51,720 bases of DNA from Octopus bimaculoides (Eukaryota): contig NC_068999.1 in assembly GCF_001194135.2 (NCBI RefSeq), forward strand, positions 37,247,536 through 37,299,255. Direction: 5' to 3'. The position numbers and the translations under genes were made by a program. The stretch's first letter is position 1, and each line of letters starts with the position of its first letter. The notes below the pieces were generated by a model. That model was not told the DNA's origin and did no database searches. It saw only the letters and a program-made list of their open reading frames with translations. Shown piece after piece: positions 1 to 10,945 of this stretch.

Positions 1-2449
1 CGTACGTAGGTACGTACGTTCGTTCGTTCTTTCGTTTCAATCGTTCGTTCGTTCGTTCTGACGTACGTACGTTCGTTCGTTCGTTCGATCGTACGTACTC
101 ACGTACGCATTTACGTACTTTCGTTCGTACGTTCGTTCATTTGTTCGTTCTTTCCTTCGAACGTACATACGTTCTTTCGTTTTTTCGGACGTTGGTACCT
201 TTGTTCGTTTGTTCGTTCGTTCGTTCGTTCTTTCCTTCGAATATACATACATTTATTCGTTTGTTCGGACGTACGTACGTTCATTCCTTTGTTAGTTCAT
301 TCATTGGTTTGTTCGTTCGTTCATTCGATCGGTTATTCGTTTGTACGTACGTTCTTTCGTTTGTACGTACGTACTTACGTTTGATCATTCGTTCATTCGT
401 TTGTTGGTTATTCTGATCGTTCCTTCGATCATTCGTTCGTTCACTCGTTCCTTCGTTTGTTCGTACGTACGTACGTTCTTTCGATAATTCGTGTGTACGT
501 ACATACGTATGTACGTACATTCGTTCTATCGTTCGTTTGTACGTCGGTTCCATCGCTCATTCGTACGTACGTACGTTCGTCCATTCGTTCTTTCGATCGT
601 TGGTTGGTTAATTCGTTCAATCGTACGAACCGAACGAACGAATGTACGTACGTTCGTTCGTTCGCTCTGTCGTTCGTACGTACGTATGTACGTACGTTCG
701 TTGAATCTTTATTTCGTTCGTTTGTTCTTTCGTACTTACGTACGTACGTACCTTCGTTCGTTTGTTTGTTCATTTGTTCGTTCGTTCGATCGTTCGTTCG
801 TTCGTTCGTTCTGTCGTTCATTCGACCGTTCGTTCTTCCCTTCGTACGTTCGTTTATTTGTTCGTTTGTTCTTTCGTACGTACGTACGTACGTTCGTTCT
901 TTCGTTTGGTCGTTCATTCGTACGTATGTACGTCAGTACGTACCTACGTACGTTCGTTCGTACGTTATTTTGTTCCTTCCTCTATTTTGTTCGTTCGTTC
1001 GTTCGTAGGTACGTAAGTACGTACGTACCTACGTACGTACATACGTACGTTCGGTCGTTCGTTCGTTTCTTCTTTCGTTCCTTCGTACGTACGTTCGGTC
1101 GTTCGTTCGATTGTTCGTTCGTTCCTTCATACTTTCGTTCGTTCGTTCGTTCGTTCCTTCATTCCTNNNNNNNNNNNNNNNNNNNNNNNNNNNNNNNNNN
1201 NNNNNNNNNNNNNNNNNNNNNNNNNNNNNNNNNNNNNNNNNNNNNNNNNNNNNNNNNNNNNNNNNNNNNNNNNNNNNNNNNNNNNNNNNNNNNNNNNNNN
1301 NNNNNNNNNNNNNNNNNNNNNNNNNNNNNNNNNNNNNNNNNNNNNNNNNNNNNNNNNNNNNNNNNNNNNNNNNNNNNNNNNNNNNNNNNNNNNNNNNNNN
1401 NNNNNNNNNNNNNNNNNNNNNNNNNNNNNNNNNNNNNNNNNCTTTCGTTCGTTCGTTCGCTCGTTCGTTCTTTCGATCTTTCGTTCGTTCTGTCGTTCAT
1501 TCGACCGTTCGTTCGTTCGTTCGATCGTTCGTTTGTTCTTTCGTACGTACGTACGTACGTTCTTTCGTTTGGTCGTTCATTCGTACGCATGTACGTACGT
1601 ACGTACCTACCTACGTTCGTTCGTACGTAATTTTGTTCCTTCCTTCATTTTTTTCGTTCGTTCATTCGTTCTGTCGTTCGTACGTACGTATGTACGGACG
1701 TTCGTTGAATCTTTATTTCGTTCGTTCTTTCCTACGTTCGTTCCTTCCTTCATTTTGTTCGTTCGTTCGTTCGTTCGTAGGTACGTACGTACGTACTTAC
1801 TTACCTATGTACGTACATACGTACGTTCAGTCGTTCGGTCGTACGTACCTACGTTCGGACGTATGTTCCTTCGTTCGCTCGTACGTAGGTACGTACGTTC
1901 GTTCGTTCGTTAGTTTCGATCGTTCGATCGTACGTACTCACGTACGCATTTACGTACTTTCGTTCGTACGTTCGTTCATTTGTTCGTTCTTTCCTTCGAA
2001 CGTACATACGTTCATTCGTTTGTTCGGACGTAGGTACCTTTGTTCGTTTGTTCGTTCGTTCGTTCTTTCCTTCGAACGTACATACATTCATTCGTTTGTA
2101 CATACATACATTCATTCGTACGTACCTACTTTCGTTTGTTCTTTCGTTCGTTCTTTTGTCCGTTCCTCCGAACGTACGTTCGTTCCTTCGTCCAAAAGTA
2201 TGTACGTACAAACTTTCATTCGTTTTTCCGTTCATTCGTTCATTCGTTCGTTTGTTCGTACGCACGTTCGTACGTACGTTCGTTTGTTCGTTCGATTCTT
2301 CGTTCGTTTGTACCTACAATCCTTAGTTCGTTGGTACGTACGTACGTACGATTGTTCGCTAATTCTTTCCTTCGATCGTTCTTTCATTCGTTCGTTCTTT
2401 CGTTCATTCGTTCGTTCGTTCGTACGTTTTTTCGTTCGTTCGATAGTTT

Positions 2450-5400
2450 GTTCTTTCTTACGTACGAACGTATGTATGTAAGTTCCTTCTTTTGTTCGTT
2501 CTTTCGTTTGTTCGTTCGTTTGTTCGTACGTACGTATGTACGTACTTACGTACGTTCGTTCATTTGTTCGTTTAAAAGTACGGACGTATGAACCTACGTT
2601 CCTTCATCCGTTCGTTCGTACGTACGTTCGTTCGTTCGTTCTTTCGTCAATGCATACGTACNNNNNNNNNNNNNNNNNNNNNNNNNNNNNNNNNNNNNNN
2701 NNNNNNNNNNNNNNNNNNNNNNNNNNNNNNNNNNNNNNNNNNNNNNNNNNNNNNNNNNNNNNNNNNNNNNNNNNNNNNNNNNNNNNNNNNNNNNNNNNNN
2801 NNNNNNNNNNNNNNNNNNNNNNNNNNNNNNNNNNNNNNNNNNNNNNNNNNNNNNNNNNNNNNNNNNNNNNNNNNNNNNNNNNNNNNNNNNNNNNNNNNNN
2901 NNNNNNNNNNNNNNNNNNNNNNNNNNNNNNNNNNNNNNNNNNNNNNNNNNNNNAGTTTGTTCTTTCTTACGTACGAACGTATGTATGTAAGTTCCTTCTT
3001 TTGTTCGTTCTTTCGTTTGTTCGTTCGTTTGTTCGTACGTACGCATGTACGTACTTACGTACGTTTGTTCATTTGTTCGTTTAAAAGTACGGACGTATGA
3101 ACCTACGTTCCTTCATCCGTTCGTTCGTACGTACGTTCGTTCGTTCGTTCTTTCGTCAATGCATACGTACATACGTGTGTTCGTTCGTTCGTTTGTTCGT
3201 ATGTACATATGTAGTTCGTTTGTTCGTTTGTTCGTTCGTTAGATTGTTCGTTCGTTATTTTGTTCTTTCTTTCGTGGGTACGTATGTATGTTCATTCGTT
3301 CGTACGTACGTAAGTACCTACTTACATATGCACTTACGTACGTACTTACGTACGTTTTTTCGTTCGTTCGATCGTTTGTTCTTTCTTACGTACAAACGTA
3401 TGTATGTAAGTTCCTTCTTTTGTTCGTTCTTTCGTTTGTTCGTTCGTTTGTTCGTACGTACGTATTTACGTACTTACATACGTTCTTTCATTTGTTCGTT
3501 TAAAAGTACGGACGTATGAACCTACGTTCCTTCATCCGTTCGTTCGTACGTACGTTCGTTCGTTCGTTTGTTCGTTCGTTCTTTCTTTCGTCAATGCATA
3601 CGTACATACGTGTGTTCGTTCGTTCGTTTGTTCGTATGTACATATGTAGGTCGTTCGTTCGTTTGTTCGTTCGTTAGATTGTTCGTTCGTTAGTTTGTTC
3701 TTTCTTTCGTGGGTACGTATGTATGTTCATTCGTTCGTACGTACGTAAGTACCTACTTACATATGCACTTACGTACGTACTTACGTACGTTTTTTCGTTC
3801 GTTCGATCGTTTGTTCTTTCTTACGTACAAACGTATGTATGTAAGTTCCTTCTTTTGTTCGTTCTTTCTNNNNNNNNNNNNNNNNNNNNNNNNNNNNNNN
3901 NNNNNNNNNNNNNNNNNNNNNNNNNNNNNNNNNNNNNNNNNTTTCATTTGTTCGTTTAAAAGTACGGACGTATGAACCTACGTTCCTTCATCCGTTCGTT
4001 CGTACGTACGTTCGTTCGTTCGTTTGTTCGTTCGTTCTTTCTTTCGTCAATGCATACGTACATACGTGTGTTCGTTCGTTCGTTTGTTCGTATGTACATA
4101 TGTAGGTCGTTCGTTCGTTTGTTCGTTCGTTAGATTGTTCGTTCGTTAGTTTGTTCTTTCTTTCGTGGGTACGTATGTATGTTCATTCGTTCGTACGTAC
4201 GTAAGTACCTACTTACATATGCACTTACGTACGTACTTACGTACGTTTTTTCGTTCGTTCGATCGTTTGTTCTTTCTTACGTACAAACGTATGTATGTAA
4301 GTTCCTTCTTTTGTTCGTTCTTTCTTTTGTTCGTTCGTTTGTTCGCACGTACGTATGTACGTACTTACGTACGTTCGTTCATTTGTTCGTTTAAAAGTAC
4401 GGACGTATGTATGTAAGTTCCTTCTTTTGTTCGTTCTTTCGTTTGTTCGTTCGTTTGTTCGTACGTACGTATGTACGTACTTACGTACGTTCGTTCATTT
4501 GTTCGTTTAAANNNNNNNNNNNNNNNNNCACGTACGTATGTACGTACTTACGTACGTTCGTTCATTTGTTCGTTTAAAAGTACGGACGTATGAACCTACT
4601 TTCCTTCATCCGTTCGTTCGTACGTACGTTCGTTCGTTCGTTTGTTCGTTCGTTCGTTCTTTCGTCAATGCATACGTACATACGTGTGTTCGTTCGTTCG
4701 TTTGTTCGTATATACATATGTAGGTTGTTCGTTCGTTTGTTCGTTCGTTAGATTGTTCGTTCGTTAGTTTGTTCTTTCCTTCGTGGGTACGTACGTATGT
4801 TCATTCGTTCGTACGTATGTAAGTACCTACTTACATATGCACTTACGTACGTACTTACGTACATTCATTCATTCGTTCGTTTGTTCAGTCGTTCTTTCGT
4901 TCGTTCGTTCGTTCTTACGTTTTTGCGTTCGTTCGATCGTTTGTTCTTTCTTACGTACGAACGTATGTATGTAAGTTCCTTCTTTTGTTCGTTCTTTCGT
5001 TTGTTCGTTCGTTTATTCGTACGTACGCCTGTACGTACTTACGTACGTTCGTTCATTTGTTCGTTTAAAAGTACGGAAGTATGAACCTACGTTCCTTCAT
5101 CCGTTCGTTCGTACGTACGTTCGTTCGTTCGTTTGTTCGTTCGTTCGTTCTTTCGTCAATGCATACGTACATACGTGTGTTCGTTCGTTCGTTTGTTCGT
5201 ATGTACANNNNNNNNNNNNNNNNNNNNNNNNNNNNNNNNNNNNNNNNNNNNNNNNNNNNNNNNNNNNNNNNNNNNNNNNNNNNNNNNNNNNNNNNNNNNN
5301 NNNNNNNNNNNNNNNNNNNNNNNNNNNNNNNNNNNNNNNNNNNNNNNNNNNNNNNNNNNNNNNNNNNNNNNNNNNNNNNNNNNNNNNNNNNNNNNNNNNN

Positions 5401-5560
5401 NNNNNNNNNNNNNNNNNNNNNNNNNGCGTTCGTTCGATCGTTTGTTCTTTCTTACGTACGAACGTATGTATGTAAGTTCCTTCTTTTGTTCGTTCTTTCG
5501 TTTGTTCGTTCGTTTGTTCGTACGTACGCATGTACGTACTTACGTACGTTCATTCATTCG
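2450..5560 (+). repeat. Tandem higher-order repeat block (~420-510 bp period) within the satellite
   Basis: Landmark aaaagtacggacgtatgaacctacgttcc (or a close variant) starts at 2574, 3083, 3502, 3958, 4393, 4576 and 5067, with near-identical intervening sequence. Several units span N gaps, so copy number is uncertain. Confidence 0.9.
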
Positions 5561-7094
5561 TTCGTTTGTTCAGTCGTTCTTTCGTTCGTTCGTCCTTTCA
5601 TTCGTTCGTACGTTAGTTCGTTCGTACGTATGTACGTTCGTACAAACGTTCGTTCGTTCGTTCGTTTTTTCCTTCGTTCGATCTTTCGTTCGTTCGTTAG
5701 TATCTATCGTTCCTTCGTATGTACGTACGTACGATCGTTCTTTCGTTTGTTCGTACGTACGTACGTACGTACGTTTGTTCGTTTTTTCTTTCGTAGGTAC
5801 GTACGTTCGCACTTACGTTCATTCGTTCGTACGTATGTACATACCTACGTACTTATGTATTTACGGACGTACGTACGTTCATTCTTTCGTTCGTTTGTTC
5901 ATTCGTTCTTTCGAGTGTTCGTTCGTTCGCTCGTCCGTTCATTCATTCTTTCTTTCGTTCGTACGCACGTTCGTTCTGTCGTTCTTTCGTTCTTTCGTTC
6001 GTTCGATCGTTTGTTTGTTTCGGACCTTCGTTCGTTCGTTCGTTCGTTCGTTCGTTCGTTCGTTCGTTCGTACGTACTTTCGTTCTTTCTTTCGTTCGTT
6101 CTTTCGTTCGTTCGTTCCTTTGTTGTTCGGTCGATCGTTCTTTCGTTCGTTTGTTCGTTCGTTCACTCGTACTTATGTACGTACGTACATACGTACGTTC
6201 GTTCTTTCGTTCGGTCTCTCGTTTGTTCGTTCGTTCATTTCGTTCGTTCGGTCGTTCGTACGGACTTATATACGCTTGTACGTTAGTCCGTACGTATGTA
6301 CGTACGGACGTGTGTTCGTTCGTTCGTTCGTTCGTTCTTATGTACGGATGTATGTACCTAAGTTCCTTCTTTCGATTGTTCTTTCGTTTGTTCGTTCGTT
6401 TGTTCGTACGTACGTTCGTTTTTTTCTTTAGTATCGTTCATTCGCTCGTATGTACGTACGTACAATCGTTCTTTCTTTCGTTTGTTCGTTCGAACGTACG
6501 TACGTGCGTTCTTTCTTTCTTTCGTTCGTTCGTTCTATCTTTCGTTCGTTCGTTCACTCGTACGTATGTACTTACGTACATACATACGTACGGTCGTTCT
6601 TTCGTTCGGTCTCTCGTTCGTTCGTTAATTTCGTTCGTTCTCTCCTTCGTACGTACTTATGTACGCTTGATTGTTCGTACGTACGTATGTGCGTACACAC
6701 GTACGTAGGTGTGTTCGTTCGTTCGTTCTTACGTACGGATGTATGTACCTAAGTTCCTTCTTTCGTTTGTTCTTTTGTTTGTTCGTTCGTTCGTTCTTTC
6801 ATACGTACGTACGTAACTACGTACGTACTTACATGCGTTCGTTGTTCGTATGTACGTTCGTTAGATTCTTCGTTCGTTAGTTTGTTCTTTCTTTCGTAGG
6901 TACGTACGTACGTTCATTCTTTCGTACCTACTTACTTATGTACTTACGTACGTTCATTCGTTCGTTCGTTTGTTCAGTCATTCTTTCGTTCGTTCGTTTG
7001 TTTGTTCGTTCGTTCATACGTACGTTCGCTCGTTCGTACAAACGTTCGTCCGTTCGTTCGTTTGTTCTTTCGTTTGTACGTTCGTTTCTTCGTA

Positions 7095-7243
7095 AATGCG
7101 ATCGAACGTACGAACGAACGAATGAACAAATGAACTTACGTACGTACGTATTAACGATCGAACGAACGAACAAATGAAAGAAAGAACGTATTAACGAACG
7201 AACATACATACGTATGTACATATGTACGAACGAACGAACGAAC
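7095..7243 (-). repeat. Polarity-inverted satellite tract (CGAA)n/(AACG)n
   Basis: Sequence switches to cgaacgaacgaatgaacaaatgaac..., the reverse complement of the flanking array, immediately before the complex unit. Confidence 0.92.
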
Positions 7244-7624
7244 GCTAGGCACGCTGTTGCGTCGGCGGGCAGAGAATTATGTTGTGGAGCTTTTTTATTC
7301 GCCATTGTTTCGAACTTACGTGTTCAGATTTGTTGTTTCAGACGCAAGCATAAACTGCAGCAGTTTCGTACAAACGGGCATCGGCTGGTATTTACGGCTT
7401 GGAATGCGTATTTGCGGCTTTGGGCACGTTTTGGCGGCGCTAGGTACGGTGTTGCATCGCTGGGTACAGGTTTACGTTCTGGTGCTAATTTTTGTCGCCA
7501 TTGTTTCGTACTTATGGCTTGAGGCTTGTTGTTTCGGCCGCAAGTACGTACTTATGGCAGCAACGACGCACATATTGCCGCCGTTTCGTATAAACGGGCA
7601 TCGGCTGGTATTTACGGCGTGGAA
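7244..7624. repeat. Two tandem copies of a complex ~219-bp GC-rich unit (copy 1 ~7244-7443 with ~24-bp internal deletion; copy 2 ~7444-7624, truncated)
   Basis: Shared blocks gttgc.tcg..ggg, gccattgtttcg.actta, ttgttgtttc, gtttcgta.aaacgggcatcggctggtatttacggc. Homologous to 19964-20188 and 20376-20767. Confidence 0.92.
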
Positions 7625-9884
7625 ACGAACGTACGTATGTACGTACGTTCGTTGAATCTTTATTTCGTTCGTTCTTTCGTACTTACGTACGTACGTACCT
7701 TCGTTCATTCGATCGTTATTTCGTTCGTTCGTTCGTTCGTACGTACTTACGTCCATTCGTTTGTTGTTCATTCATTCGATCGTTCGTTCATACGTACGTG
7801 CATTCGTTCCTTCGTTCGTTCATTTATTCGTTTTTTCGCTCGGTCGATCGTTCGTACGTACGGATGTATGTACATACGGATGTATGTACGTACGTTCGTT
7901 CGTTCATTCGTTCGTTCATTCGTACCTTCGTTCGTTCGTTCGTTCGTAGTTACGTATGTTCGTTCGTTCTGTCGCTCGTTCATTTCGTACGTTCGTTCTT
8001 TCGTTTGTTCTTTAGTTCATTCGTTTGATCGCTCCTTCTTAGGTACGTACGTACGTTCATCCATTCGTTGTATGTACGTAACTTTGTTCATTCGTTCGTT
8101 CGCGCGTACGTACGGACGTATGTACGTACGTTCGTTCGTTTGTTCGTTCTTACGTACGTACGTCCGTTTCTTTCGTTCGTACGTACCTACGTTCGTACGT
8201 ACCTACGTTCGGACGTACGTTCGTTCGTTTTGCTCGTTCATTCGTTCGTTCGTTCGTTCGTTCTTACTACGTACGTTCGTTCGTTCATATATATGTAGGT
8301 ACCTTCGTTTGTTCGTTCCTTCGTTCCTTCAAAAGTACGGACGTATGAACGTACGTTCCTTCGTTCGTTCGGGCGTTCGTTCCTTCGTACGTTCGTTCCT
8401 TCGTACGTTCGTTCGTTCATTCCTTCAATCGTTCGTTCGTACGCACTTACGTTTGTTCGTTCGTTCGTTCGTACGTACGTACGTTCGTTCGTTCGTACGT
8501 ACGTACGTTCGTTCGTTCGTACGTACGTACGTTCGTTATTTCATTCGTTCGTTATTTCGTTCGTTCGTTGGTTAATTCGTTCATTCATACGAAACGAACG
8601 AACGACCATACGAAGGTACGTACGTACGAACGAACGAACGAACATACGTACGAACATTCGTTCGTTCGTTCGTTTGTTCTGTCGTTCGTACGTACGTTCG
8701 TTGAATCTTTATTTCGTACTTGCGTATGTACGTACCTTTGATCGTTCGTTTGTTCATTTGTTCGTTCGTTCGCTCGTTCATTCGTTCAATCTTCCGTTCG
8801 TTCTGTCGTTCATTCGACCGGTCGTTCGTTCGTTCAATCGTTCGATCGTTCGTTCGTTCGTTTGTTCTTTCGTACGTACGTACGTTTGTTCTTTCGTTTG
8901 GTCTTTCATTCGTACGTTCCTTCGTTCATTTTGTTCGTTCGTTCGGTCGTACGTACATACTTTCGAACGTACGTTTGTTCATTCACTCGTACGTAGGTAC
9001 GTACGTTCGTTCGTTCTTTCGTTCGTGTGATCGTTCTTTCCTTCGAACATACATACGTTCATTCGTTTGTTCGGACATATGTACCTTCGTTCGTTTGTTC
9101 GTTTTTTCCTTCGAAGTACATACATTCATTCTTTTGTTCGGACGTACGTACGTTCATTCGTTTGTTAGTTCATTCGTTCTTTCGTTTGTTCGTTCTTTCT
9201 TTCGTTCGTGTGATCGTTCTTTCCTTCGAACATACATAAGTTCATTCGTTTGTTCGGACGTTCGTCTGTCGGTACCTTCGTTCGTTCGTTCGTACGTTCG
9301 TTCTTTTTTTCGTTCGTTCGTTCTTTTTCTCGTTCGTTTGTTCGTTCTTTCCTTCGAACGTACATACATTCATTCCTTTGTTCGGACGTGTGTACGTTCT
9401 TTCGTTTGTTAGTTCATTGGTTCTTTCGCTCGTTCGTTCGTTCGTTCGTTTGTACGTACATAATACGTTTGTTCGTTCGTTCATTCGTTCGTTTGTTAGT
9501 CCGATCGTTCGTTCGATCATTCGTTCGTTCGTTCCTTCGTTTTTCGAACGTACGTATGTTCGTTCGATATTTCGTGCGTACGTACAAACGTACATACGTA
9601 CGTTCGTTCTTTCGTTCGTTTGTTCGTCCGTTTGATCGTTCGTTCGTACGTTCGTACGTACGAACATTCGTTCGTTCGTCTGTCGGTAGCTTCGTTCGTT
9701 CGTTCGTTTAAAAGTATGGACGTATGAACCTACGTTTCTTCGTCCGTTGGTTCGTTCGTACGTTCGTTCTTCTTTTCGTTCGTTCGTACGTTCGTTCTTT
9801 TTTTCGTTCGTTCGTTCTTTCGTCAATGCGTACGTATGTACGTTTTTTCTTTCGTTCGCTCGTTCGTTCTTTCGTTCTTATGTA

Positions 9885-9944
9885 CGTACTACTTACGTAC
9901 GTACTACTTACGTACGTACTACTTACGTACGTACTACTTACGTA
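9885..9944 (+). repeat. 15-bp minisatellite (cgtactacttacgta)x4 nested in the satellite
   Basis: Four exact 15-bp copies, seen as YVLLT repeats in the ORF track. Confidence 0.9.
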
Positions 9945-10840
9945 CATACAGACGGACGTACGTACGTTCGTTCGTTCGGTCATACATTCGATTTTTCGTT
10001 TGGTCGTTCATTCGTACGTACGTACATACGTACGTACGTTCGCTCGTTCGTTGGTTTGTTCGTTCGTTCTTTCGTACGGACGTATGTACGTACGTTCGTT
10101 CGTTTGTTCGTTCAATCCTTATTTCGTTCGTAGGTACGTACGATAGTTCGTTCGTTCGTTTGTTCGTCCTTACATACGTACGTACGTACGTTCGTTCGTT
10201 CGTACGTACCTACGTTCGGACGTACGTTCGTTCGTTCGCTCGTACGTAGGTACGTACGTACGTTCGTTCGTTCGTTCGTTCGTTTGTTCGTTTCGCTCGG
10301 TCGTTCGTTCGTTCTTACGTACGTACGTTCGTTCTTTCGTTCGTTCGTTCTTTAGTTCGTGCGATCGTTCTTTCTTTCTTTCTTTCGCTCGTTCGTTCGT
10401 TCGTTCGTACGTTCGTTCGTTCGTTCGTACGTACGTTCGCTCCTTCGTTCGTTGGTTGGTTAATTCGTTCATTCTTTCCTTCGAACGTAGATTCGTTCAT
10501 TCGTTTGTTCGGAAGTACTTACGTCCATTCGTTTTTAGTTCATTCGTTCATTCGTTCCTCCGTTCGTTTGTTCGTTTTTACGTACGTACTTACCTTTGTT
10601 CGTTCGTTGGTTAGTACGATCGTTCGTTCGATCATTCGTTCGTTTCTTCGTTTGTTCGTACGTATGTACATTCGTTCGATATTTCGTTTGTACGTACATA
10701 CGTACGTACGTTCGTTCGTTCGTATGTAGGTACCTTCGTTTGTTCAAAATCACGGACGTATGAACGTACGTTCCTTCGCTCGTTCGTTTGTATGTAAGTT
10801 CGTTTGTTCTTTCGTTCGTTCGTTCGTTCGTTCTTATGTA

Positions 10841-10945
10841 CGTACTACTTACGTACGTACTACTAACGTACGTACTACTTACGTACGTACTACTTACGTA
10901 CACACTACTTACGTACGTACTACTTACATACGTACTACTTACATA
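10841..10945 (+). repeat. 15-bp minisatellite (cgtactacttacgta)x7 nested in the satellite
   Basis: Seven copies with single substitutions. Shorter runs also occur near 12586-12649, 15396, 17499 and 17985. Confidence 0.9.
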
